A stretch of 64,000 nucleotides of DNA from the IMG/VR virus record IMGVR_UViG_3300011339_000564, positions 14,318-78,317 of that record, one strand, 5' to 3'. Source of the stretch: a virus (lineage: Duplodnaviria; Heunggongvirae; Uroviricota; Caudoviricetes). A program made the translations under genes and the position numbers. This document shows, piece after piece, positions 39,126-47,255 of the stretch. The notes beneath the pieces were generated by a model, which was given only the letters and a program-made list of their open reading frames with translations, had not been told where the DNA came from and did no database searches. Numbering within the stretch: position 1 is the stretch's first letter; each line of letters opens with the position of its first letter.

Positions 39126-40471
39126 AATTATACGATAAACGAATTGCTTTTTTGATTAGTGACCAACATTTTATACCGCATGGTGGTATAGGTAGTTTTG
39201 CTAAAGGCTTTACTGAGATGTGTGGTCGTATCGGGTGGAAGGTTGATATTATATTAGACAAAGCACCTACTAATTTATTCAGTGATTTAATTATTAGTCT
39301 AGGTGCTAACATTGTTTACCCTGATGAACCACTACGATACAGTGACCATACTGCTACGTTTGCATTTAGCGATACTATCAACTTTGAAAAGATTATCAAC
39401 TTCCGTAAAGCAATATTAAAAGCATTTGAAACAAATGTATACGACATGATTGTGTGTAATACACAAGAGGCAATGACTGCTAGTTATGCCATGACGGTTA
39501 ACAAGTATATACCTGTTGTATTCTATACTCATTTGCACAGTATGATTTTTCGTGAAAGTCAAGGTAGTGATGTATTTTTAGACAGCTATCACAATTTCTA
39601 TAACAAACATATGGAGTTTACTGATATCATTATAGGCACACAAAGTCAAAAGAACATTGACGAACTAACTAAGTTTGGTGCAACTAACTGTCAGTTATTG
39701 CGTATGCCAATGAGTGAACGTGGTCTATTAGAACGATACAATGGATCTAAGAAGGGTGTACTATTCATTGGACGATGGGAAGAAGGTAAGAACCCTGAAG
39801 CATATATTCGTGTAATGAAAGAATGTAAATTACCATGTAAGGTAATGACAAATAGTAACGGTGCAAAAAAGTTTGAGAAGGCATTCAGTGACGCAGGTAT
39901 TACTGATTATGAAATCAAAGCCGGTATTACTGGACAAGAGAAAGTAGATTTTGTTCGTGGTGCTAATGTATTCTTTATGCCCAGCCTTCGTGAAAACTAT
40001 CCATTTGCATTTTTAGAATGTCTTGGTCATATGCCTTGTGTTGTGCTTGATAATCAAGATTGGTCAGACAACTTTGAGCGAGAATACTATCATCAAGTTT
40101 CAATTGGTTCAGCAGCCGACATGATTAAAACATTGTATGGCACAAATCAATTATCTTCAGTATTAGACTATGTGAAACAATTAGATGATGAGGTAGCTCA
40201 AGGTTGGATTACATTCTTAGATAATTTTGCAGGCAAGCGTAGCAACACAAATGCCGCAAAGATTAATACATATGATACAGTTAAGTATAGTGATTATATC
40301 AAGGATTTAAATCGTACACATTTAGCACGTGAGGACTTTGAAAGCGTACTCGCAAACAAATATAAGTTTTTAAATGTCTGCTACACAGATAGTGACACTT
40401 ACCTAAGCAAAGACCCAACATATAAACCAGTCGAGGAAGAAACAGCATTAAGTCTGTTTGAAGGATTATGA
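39122..40471 (+). CDS. GT4-family (GT-B) glycosyltransferase
   Basis: FIGRWEEGKNPEAYI and FFMPSLRENYPFAFLECLGHMPCVV match the C-terminal motif of group-1 glycosyltransferases (E..G...EA...G.P). Confidence 0.6.
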   Translation: MKLYDKRIAFLISDQHFIPHGGIGSFAKGFTEMCGRIGWKVDIILDKAPTNLFSDLIISLGANIVYPDEPLRYSDHTATFAFSDTINFEKIINFRKAILKAFETNVYDMIVCNTQEAMTASYAMTVNKYIPVVFYTHLHSMIFRESQGSDVFLDSYHNFYNKHMEFTDIIIGTQSQKNIDELTKFGATNCQLLRMPMSERGLLERYNGSKKGVLFIGRWEEGKNPEAYIRVMKECKLPCKVMTNSNGAKKFEKAFSDAGITDYEIKAGITGQEKVDFVRGANVFFMPSLRENYPFAFLECLGHMPCVVLDNQDWSDNFEREYYHQVSIGSAADMIKTLYGTNQLSSVLDYVKQLDDEVAQGWITFLDNFAGKRSNTNAAKINTYDTVKYSDYIKDLNRTHLAREDFESVLANKYKFLNVCYTDSDTYLSKDPTYKPVEEETALSLFEGL

Positions 40472-41298
40472 AAAAAGTTTTAATTACAGGTAACTCAGGT
40501 TACATTGGCAGTCATCTAAGTAAGATGTTAATGGATACAATGAAATATGAAGTTCATGGATTAGATATCCGTGACCCGCAATATGCATTGAATAGATTTT
40601 ATCGTCAAGATATCAATAGACAATTTTCATTAGATGAAGAATTTGATGCAGTCATTCACTTAGCCGCATTAGTTAATGTAGGTGAAAGTGAACAGATACC
40701 CATTCAATATTATATCACTAACTTAAATGGCACAATGAATGTCATTAACAAAGTAAAGACTAAAAACTTTATATTTGCAAGTACGGGTGCCGCAGTTGGT
40801 TGCGAAAGTGCTTATGGTATCAGTAAACGTGCCGCAGAAGATGTAGTCAAAGAATACTGCACACATCACAATAAAAAAGATTATACTATCTTTAGATTTT
40901 ATAATGTGATTGGTACTACCGTTGTTCCACCTACAAATCCAGATGGATTAATGTATAACTTAATGAAAGCACGTGAAACAGGTGAGTTTACTATCTTCGG
41001 TAATGACTATGACGTTAGTGATGACGGTACATGTGTGCGTGATTATGTACATGTGAATGAAATTTGTGACTCATTAGCACAGGCTATCGAAAAGCCTAGT
41101 AACCAAATTGAATCATTGGGTCACGGAGTGGGATGGACAGTTAAAGAGATTGTCGATGAGTTTCAAAAAGTCAATCACGTTGACTTTGAAGTAAAATACG
41201 GCCCAAGAAGAAAGGGTGATCTTGCTAGTTCTGTACTAGAAGATGTTTCACCCTATATGCGTAATCTATATACTATGGATGAGTTGCTTAAGGTTTAA
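40468..41298 (+). CDS. NAD-dependent sugar epimerase/dehydratase (SDR superfamily, GalE-like)
   Basis: ITGNSGYIGSHL (GxxGxxG Rossmann motif). YGISK (YxxxK catalytic dyad). Confidence 0.8.
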   Translation: MKKVLITGNSGYIGSHLSKMLMDTMKYEVHGLDIRDPQYALNRFYRQDINRQFSLDEEFDAVIHLAALVNVGESEQIPIQYYITNLNGTMNVINKVKTKNFIFASTGAAVGCESAYGISKRAAEDVVKEYCTHHNKKDYTIFRFYNVIGTTVVPPTNPDGLMYNLMKARETGEFTIFGNDYDVSDDGTCVRDYVHVNEICDSLAQAIEKPSNQIESLGHGVGWTVKEIVDEFQKVNHVDFEVKYGPRRKGDLASSVLEDVSPYMRNLYTMDELLKV

Positions 41299-41299
41299 T

Positions 41300-41773
41300 T
41301 TATAGACCAATCTTGGGTGGATACATTGGGCCAGACTTTATTCGTTCACCACCGTCAAAGTAACTAATTTCTACTGGTAATTCTTTCCAGCCTAATCTAT
41401 GTGCAGCCATGATACGATGATTACCTTCGTTTACCCAGGCACTGCCATCATAGGCCACATTGATAAAAGGTTTGTATTCTTCACTAGAGTGTGAATGTAA
41501 TGGTAGCTTGCCGGTGTCCTTCATTATTTTCATAATTGCAATAAGATCACCTTGACGCACATTTTGTTGTTCGTTTCGCATACCGGGTATTTGTCTTAGT
41601 AAGTTAACAGGAATTTCAACTTTTCTGACAGTAGCAGTTGTCTTTCCCATGTAGGGCAAACCATTACGATCAGGACTTTTTTGCTTGGCATACGCAATAG
41701 CATCGTTTAGCCATTCCTCATTAGGCACATCAACACTAAGTGTTCCTTCAGTTATAAATTCTTTTGCTCTCAC
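41300..41773 (-). CDS. hypothetical protein (157 aa)
   Basis: ORF on the minus strand. Its stop abuts the plus-strand epimerase stop within 1 nt. Confidence 0.5.
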   Translation of the reverse strand: MRAKEFITEGTLSVDVPNEEWLNDAIAYAKQKSPDRNGLPYMGKTTATVRKVEIPVNLLRQIPGMRNEQQNVRQGDLIAIMKIMKDTGKLPLHSHSSEEYKPFINVAYDGSAWVNEGNHRIMAAHRLGWKELPVEISYFDGGERIKSGPMYPPKIGL

Positions 41774-42444
41774 ATTGATCCTTTAGAATTAACAAACCAG
41801 GGGTCAACTATAACTAATTCTCCATTACTACGTTGCATGACATTTTCGGTGTGCAAGTCCCAACCAAATTTGTTTATTCTACCCGATTGATATAATAGTT
41901 TCATTACACTAAACAAGGTAGCATACGTCTTATAAAAAGTAACACCTTGCTGTGTCATTGCATTATCTATAAGTTTAGCCATTTTAGATGATATTGGGCT
42001 AGAGAAGAATTTCCAAGTTTCAGGATCAGTTAGTGAAGGTAAGATTTGTTGCCAAGTCTCACCTGTAACAGCATAGTCACTTAATATCCAGACCATTGCT
42101 TCTTCAACACTGTTCTTTTTAATAGGCTGAAGATGTTCCATGTCAATTTGTATGTAATCCTCACCGGCAATATCGATTGTATTCATTTCATTAAATATAG
42201 GTAAACAAGAAATCTCAGGATGATTTTCACAGAATTCGTAAAACTTTTTAAATACTTTTTCAGCGTGACCACTAGGATCATCTGGCATTAATATTTTAAT
42301 CACATGACTAGTATCTTTAGCCCATACTCTTGCATCAGCTCCGCTACCAATATGTTTGTAACCTAGTGATTTTAAATGCGCGGCAATTTCTTTGAAGGCT
42401 GGTCCTGTTGCAGCCTCATCTACTGCAAATTCATTGGCTCTCAT
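41770..42444 (-). CDS. hypothetical protein (224 aa)
   Basis: ORF. Confidence 0.5.
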   Translation of the reverse strand: MRANEFAVDEAATGPAFKEIAAHLKSLGYKHIGSGADARVWAKDTSHVIKILMPDDPSGHAEKVFKKFYEFCENHPEISCLPIFNEMNTIDIAGEDYIQIDMEHLQPIKKNSVEEAMVWILSDYAVTGETWQQILPSLTDPETWKFFSSPISSKMAKLIDNAMTQQGVTFYKTYATLFSVMKLLYQSGRINKFGWDLHTENVMQRSNGELVIVDPWFVNSKGSM

Positions 42445-42623
42445 TTCTTGCGACCCCTAAACCCTACTGGCATCTGCAAATCATTAACGGGAAACATTGC
42501 TTTGAACCACTCATCAGTACCAGGCTTAGCAGTAATTTTGCTACGGTCTATAGGCACAGAAGATGTAGGTTTTCCTCTATGGTCGGTAACTCCTGCAAGT
42601 CTTTTAAGTTGATCTATGTTCAT
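42441..42623 (-). CDS. hypothetical small protein (60 aa)
   Basis: ORF that fills the gap, with overlaps on both ends. Confidence 0.35.
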   Translation of the reverse strand: MNIDQLKRLAGVTDHRGKPTSSVPIDRSKITAKPGTDEWFKAMFPVNDLQMPVGFRGRKK

Positions 42624-43174
42624 AGACTCTTACCCCAGCGTGTGTTAATCACATTCCAGTTGATAATCTTCCACTGTTCAGCCAAATACTTTTTCTTATC
42701 AGCACCGTAGTCTAATATCCACGCATGTTCCCACCAATCAACTAATAACAATATATCATTGCGTACTTCATGGTTCTTAATTGTTTTAATTTTACCATCA
42801 GTTGCTAAATATACCCACCCACTACCTTGTATCTTCATTGCTTCAGTTTCAAACTGTGACTTCATATTATCGTATGAGCCAAAATGTTTGTTAATAAAGC
42901 CCATCATGGGGCCGTTTGGATTGTTTTTATTTCTTACTTCACGGAACTGAGGGAACAATGTATTATGTAAGAATGCACCTGCATAGTTAAATTCTTTATC
43001 TCCGATATCTTTGTTATATCTTTCAGCATAGCCATGTGCTAACTTGCCATAGTGTAAGTCTATAGTGTCTACCGACAAAACCGGACTTAGTTCTTTTGGC
43101 TCAAAATTAAGCTGAATGATTTCTATATCTTGAGGTTTTGACTTATCCTCAAGTAACTGAATTAAATCACGCAT
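42620..43174 (-). CDS. sodA: Fe/Mn superoxide dismutase
   Basis: N-terminal LHYGKLAHGYAERYNK matches H..KHH..YV. C-terminal VDWWEHAWILDY matches the SOD signature DxWEHAYY. Confidence 0.8.
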   Translation of the reverse strand: MRDLIQLLEDKSKPQDIEIIQLNFEPKELSPVLSVDTIDLHYGKLAHGYAERYNKDIGDKEFNYAGAFLHNTLFPQFREVRNKNNPNGPMMGFINKHFGSYDNMKSQFETEAMKIQGSGWVYLATDGKIKTIKNHEVRNDILLLVDWWEHAWILDYGADKKKYLAEQWKIINWNVINTRWGKSL

Positions 43175-44955
43175 CAGTGTTTCAATAATAATGTAGAAAT
43201 GATGTTAGGATCGTTAGCACTGATATCACCTTCACCGGGTGCAACGATAACATTGTACTTCATACCGGCTGGTATTGATTTACGTTTAGCCATGTACTGA
43301 TTATAGTCTAATATAGAGTTGGCACTTAATCCATACTCTTTTGCAAGACGATTCTTTAGTTCAGGTAACTTATCAGGTTGTACTTGCCATTGGCCTTCTG
43401 ACCCCTTAACTAAGTTTTTCTTTTCGTCCTTAACTAATAAATCTTGGAACAAGTCATCTGGAACAATACGACTATTCTTAGTTTTATCTAAGTTAGCATC
43501 ACTTGCCTTAACTTGTTTCTCTTGTGATGTATGAGCACCTTCACTCCAATTGATAATAAAGTTAGGTGGCTTCTGACCTAATGCGGCACCAGCCATCTTT
43601 GTGTAAGCATAGAACTTAGTATCAGGATGCTTTGCAGCCATCTTTAATGCCAAGTCTAAATATTCTGGGCTGAAGAAGTCACCAGCATCATGCCAACGAA
43701 TAGTAGTTTGCCAACCTTTAGGGAATTTCTTATCACCCTTTTGACCAGCTTGTTCTTCTTTGCTAATCTCACTACTTAATTGATTGAAGAACCCGTCTGG
43801 ATCATTCAATAGATATGTTAATATTCTTCCGTCACTTTGCCATGCGTTCTTAAACTGAATTTTTCCGCCCTTCATAGCAAAACAATCTATTTTACATGAG
43901 CCTGCGCCCGGGCATGTATTAACAATGATTAGTTTATTTGTTTGTTCGTCTAGTGCAATACCAGTCAATGCCGCAAAGCCAACGTTGAAGAATTGTTCAA
44001 ACTCTCCGTTACTATGCTTCATCTTTTCGTTTTGCTTTAGTAATGATTTAGGGCGTTGTGACAATGTTTTCTTAACTGCATCCTCATCATATGTTGCACC
44101 ATCTGGACCTAAGTATTCAACTACACTACTACGGTGGATATAAGGCATTTTGTATCTATCTGTTTTTGTTTTACCAGATACATATTTTTCATTACCCTTT
44201 TTATCTACCTTAACATTACCTGCTTTGTCTGTATCAGGAGTACCAACAATACGTTTCATGTAATCTTGGAACTCATCGCCACCAAACTCACGGCTACTTG
44301 CTGGCAGTTTAGTTGCTTCTTCTAAGCCAGATAGTTTGCGAATTCTATCTAAGCCTTCCGCCACACCTTCATTTGCACTTTGACTAGCCAATTTATAAAT
44401 ATACGCAGTACCGTTGGGTAATAGATACGTAGTATAATTTCCTATACCCCTCTCACCCATTTGAGCCTGTTGAATTGTTATCATTTTTGCGCCGCGCGGC
44501 GTTGGGCCATCATTAGGTACCAGCATACCTTTATATTCTTTGCCTCCATGGTGCACAACTATACCAGTGTCGCTTCGTTCTACTTTTTCTGCTGTATCAA
44601 CATTTTGATTTGGCATCTGACCACCAGATTTTTCTGCACTGGCTTGAAATCCTTGTTGAGCCATTTGTTGTGCGGCACTAGGTGACATTTGGCCATCAGC
44701 ACCAAGACTAACTCTTGCGTGTGCAGAGCCAGCTGACCCTAACGCACCCATTGCACCTAATGCCATTGCACCTGTTGCGGCTGCTTTTTTCCAATTAATT
44801 TCGTCAAGTTGCTCTTCCGTCATACCTTCTTCTGATTCTTCATCGGGCATATCACCCGCTTTAGTAACGAATTGCTGAGGTGTCATAATTTGGATGCCAC
44901 TAGGTGCTCCAGGCATTTTTGGCTCTACGCCTTCGAATAGTTCTTTGAAATTCAT
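43174..44955 (-). CDS. large hypothetical protein (593 aa) with a Gly/Ala-rich N-terminal region and a GVAEG motif; candidate packaged virion protein
   Basis: NEGVAEGLDRI at about aa 200. AATGAMALGAMGALGSAGSA block. Confidence 0.55.
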   Translation of the reverse strand: MNFKELFEGVEPKMPGAPSGIQIMTPQQFVTKAGDMPDEESEEGMTEEQLDEINWKKAAATGAMALGAMGALGSAGSAHARVSLGADGQMSPSAAQQMAQQGFQASAEKSGGQMPNQNVDTAEKVERSDTGIVVHHGGKEYKGMLVPNDGPTPRGAKMITIQQAQMGERGIGNYTTYLLPNGTAYIYKLASQSANEGVAEGLDRIRKLSGLEEATKLPASSREFGGDEFQDYMKRIVGTPDTDKAGNVKVDKKGNEKYVSGKTKTDRYKMPYIHRSSVVEYLGPDGATYDEDAVKKTLSQRPKSLLKQNEKMKHSNGEFEQFFNVGFAALTGIALDEQTNKLIIVNTCPGAGSCKIDCFAMKGGKIQFKNAWQSDGRILTYLLNDPDGFFNQLSSEISKEEQAGQKGDKKFPKGWQTTIRWHDAGDFFSPEYLDLALKMAAKHPDTKFYAYTKMAGAALGQKPPNFIINWSEGAHTSQEKQVKASDANLDKTKNSRIVPDDLFQDLLVKDEKKNLVKGSEGQWQVQPDKLPELKNRLAKEYGLSANSILDYNQYMAKRKSIPAGMKYNVIVAPGEGDISANDPNIISTLLLKH

Positions 44956-45644
44956 TTCTTGTGGTTCCTAATAAATTGTTCTGCTAGCATTACTAATTCT
45001 TGCATTTGCTCAATAGATTCACAATGCCATCTACGTAAACTCTTATTAATATTGCTGTTTGGATCACGTGCTGTTTTAGCACTTGTACGATGTTTCTTCA
45101 TACCGCGCATTCTAGCGCAAAAACTAGCACGGCGCTTTGCGTCCTTGCTACCCTTTTTAATCTTGCTTGGCTTTTTAGTAACTGCTGTTTGAATCTTGCT
45201 ACCAGGATGACTACGGCGATAACTACTTACAGATTTTTTACTCATCCCACCTACACGTTTGTTATTGTGCTTTGACCAATTCTCGCCTTCCGCCACACCT
45301 TGACTTAATAATTTTTTAACAGATATTGGACCTGATTGATTTTCTGCACCGGTTAAAAATTCATTTCCCCATGGGGTTATCCAACCATCAAATTCAATAT
45401 CATTGCCTTGAACCATAATATCATTATTACCATCAAGGTTTTGATATCCATTCAACTCTTTGTACCATTTTCTTAATGATTGTAACTTGTATGGACCTTT
45501 GTAGCCTTGTTTTTTCAAAATAGAAATAATTTCCGGAGTAAATCCAACTGGTTGACCCTCAGATACTTTCTCTTTTTTGCTAATAGCAATAGCGGCTTGT
45601 TGTGCTGGATTTGCGGCTTCTGTTAAAATTTCTGTTATTCTCAT
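44952..45644 (-). CDS. hypothetical protein (230 aa). A GVAEG motif is followed by a highly basic C-terminal half. Internal-protein-like.
   Basis: SQGVAEGENW, then a Lys/Arg-rich tail (KKPSKIKKGSKDAKRRASF...KKHRTSAKTARD). Confidence 0.55.
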   Translation of the reverse strand: MRITEILTEAANPAQQAAIAISKKEKVSEGQPVGFTPEIISILKKQGYKGPYKLQSLRKWYKELNGYQNLDGNNDIMVQGNDIEFDGWITPWGNEFLTGAENQSGPISVKKLLSQGVAEGENWSKHNNKRVGGMSKKSVSSYRRSHPGSKIQTAVTKKPSKIKKGSKDAKRRASFCARMRGMKKHRTSAKTARDPNSNINKSLRRWHCESIEQMQELVMLAEQFIRNHKK

Positions 45645-45662
45645 AATGGTATCCGTAAATAG

Positions 45663-45691
45663 TTGACTTTATTGCGTAGTTGTGCTACACT
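45663..45691 (+). promoter_or_regulatory. sigma70-like promoter TTGACT-17-TACACT in the divergent intergenic region
   Basis: Hexamers with 17-nt spacing upstream of uvdE (ATG 45721). Confidence 0.4.
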
Positions 45692-45720
45692 GTATATATT
45701 ATTTATCACTTTGGGCTTTT

Positions 45721-46749
45721 ATGTACACAAATCAATCAGTCAAACGTATCGGCTTTGCTTGCAAATGGGCAGAAATCAACAAGAAAGGTGAAATTGCTTC
45801 AGCCGAAGGTCTTAACACTGGCGGCACAACTCATGCTTGGGCAAAGCGTAATAGTCGTAATGTAGTAGAAGAAAAGATTATGGATGTTGCAAAACGCAAT
45901 ATTATGAATACACATGCACTAGTTAAACGTGTCGCTACACTAGAACCACAATTACGTATGTTGCGTCTTACTAGCGATATGCTGAGTTTTTACACACTAG
46001 ATGAATATAAAGGCTTTTGGCAAAGTAGTGATGTACAAAACAGCTTGGCTCGATGGTTTGCCCCGATCGGGGAAACAGCACGTGCCAATGATGTTCGTCT
46101 TAGTTTTCACCCTGACCAGTTTGTAGTTTTAGCAAGCGACCGTGAAGAAGTAGTAAATAAGAGTATTGAAGAATTTGAATATCATTGTGACATGGTTCGT
46201 TGGATGGGCTATGGCAAAGAGTTTCAAGACTTCAAAGTAAATGTACATATCTCGGGACGTAAAGGCCCACAAGGCATCAGGGATGTGTACAACAGATTGT
46301 CGCCAGAAGCGAGAAACACACTAACACTAGAGAATGAGGAATACACACATGGACTTACTGACTGCTTATCATTATCTGACCTCGTACCTACGGTCATGGA
46401 CATACATCACAATTGGATTCGTGAGGGAGAATATATTTCCCCCAATGATGACAACGTTAAAAAGGTTATTGATAGTTGGCGCGGTATTAGGCCTACTTTA
46501 CATTACTCCGTCAGCCGTGAAGATGTACTTGTCGGGCATTCCGGATCACAGTTACCCGATCATGGTGCGTTGATTGAATCTGGATACAGTAAGCAAAAAC
46601 TTCGGGCACATAGTGATTACTATTGGAACGAAGCTGTGAACGATTGGGCATTGACATTCATTGATAAATTTGATATGATGTGTGAATCGAAGGCAAAGAA
46701 TCTTGCCAGCTTTAAATTATTAGAGAGATATAAATGTTTGACAAAATAA
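45721..46749 (+). CDS. uvdE: UV-damage endonuclease (UvdE/UVDE family)
   Basis: RLSFHPDQFVVLAS, VNVHISG, LTLENEE, MDIHHNW and RAHSDYYW align with conserved UvsE/UVDE blocks (RTSFHPNQF, INIHIGG, MTLENDD, FDFHH, RSHADYV). Confidence 0.8.
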   Translation: MYTNQSVKRIGFACKWAEINKKGEIASAEGLNTGGTTHAWAKRNSRNVVEEKIMDVAKRNIMNTHALVKRVATLEPQLRMLRLTSDMLSFYTLDEYKGFWQSSDVQNSLARWFAPIGETARANDVRLSFHPDQFVVLASDREEVVNKSIEEFEYHCDMVRWMGYGKEFQDFKVNVHISGRKGPQGIRDVYNRLSPEARNTLTLENEEYTHGLTDCLSLSDLVPTVMDIHHNWIREGEYISPNDDNVKKVIDSWRGIRPTLHYSVSREDVLVGHSGSQLPDHGALIESGYSKQKLRAHSDYYWNEAVNDWALTFIDKFDMMCESKAKNLASFKLLERYKCLTK

Positions 46750-47165
46750 AAAACTTATTTAAAAAGCCAGAACCTGTAAAGCCTGTACAGCAAAAGAAAC
46801 CACGACAGCCTAAAAAGAAGAAGGAAGATACACCTCTTTCAGAAAAAGAAAAAGCTACAATGGAAGGCATGCCCTATGTTAATATTCTTAAAATGGAACT
46901 AGATCCATACGATATTAATACAGGTGCATTTGAATTAGATTGGAACGATAAGTTTGTATTGAACTTAATCAAATCTGGATTTAAGATTCGTGAGGATGAT
47001 ACTGATACAATGATTGTTGAACGTTGGTTTCAAACAGTATGCCGCAATGTCGCACTAGAACTCTATGAACAGCAACAAGCTGATCCAGAGAATCGTACAA
47101 TGGCTAGTGAAATGCGTGTGGTCCGTGCTAAAGATTTGGGCGATGGCCGTACTGAGGTAAGCTAA
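46734..47165 (+). CDS. hypothetical protein (143 aa)
   Basis: ORF. Confidence 0.5.
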   Translation: MFDKIKNLFKKPEPVKPVQQKKPRQPKKKKEDTPLSEKEKATMEGMPYVNILKMELDPYDINTGAFELDWNDKFVLNLIKSGFKIREDDTDTMIVERWFQTVCRNVALELYEQQQADPENRTMASEMRVVRAKDLGDGRTEVS

Positions 47166-47191
47166 TTTACCCAAAATCTTAACGAATAAAG

Positions 47192-47220
47192 TTGACATAT
47201 ATTCCATTTAACTGTATAAT
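47192..47220 (+). promoter_or_regulatory. sigma70 consensus promoter TTGACA-17-TATAAT
   Basis: Exact hexamers. SD AAGGGG and the ATG at 47256 follow. Confidence 0.6.
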
Positions 47221-47255
47221 ACTATTTCTTTCAACAACTCTTAAGGGGTAAACAA

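Noticed and set aside
44952-45644. Similarity of SQGVAEGENW to the C-terminal QEGVAEGENG of E. coli TilS
   Set aside because: It is a short peptide coincidence with no surrounding homology. The recurring motif here is better explained as a processing or targeting site.
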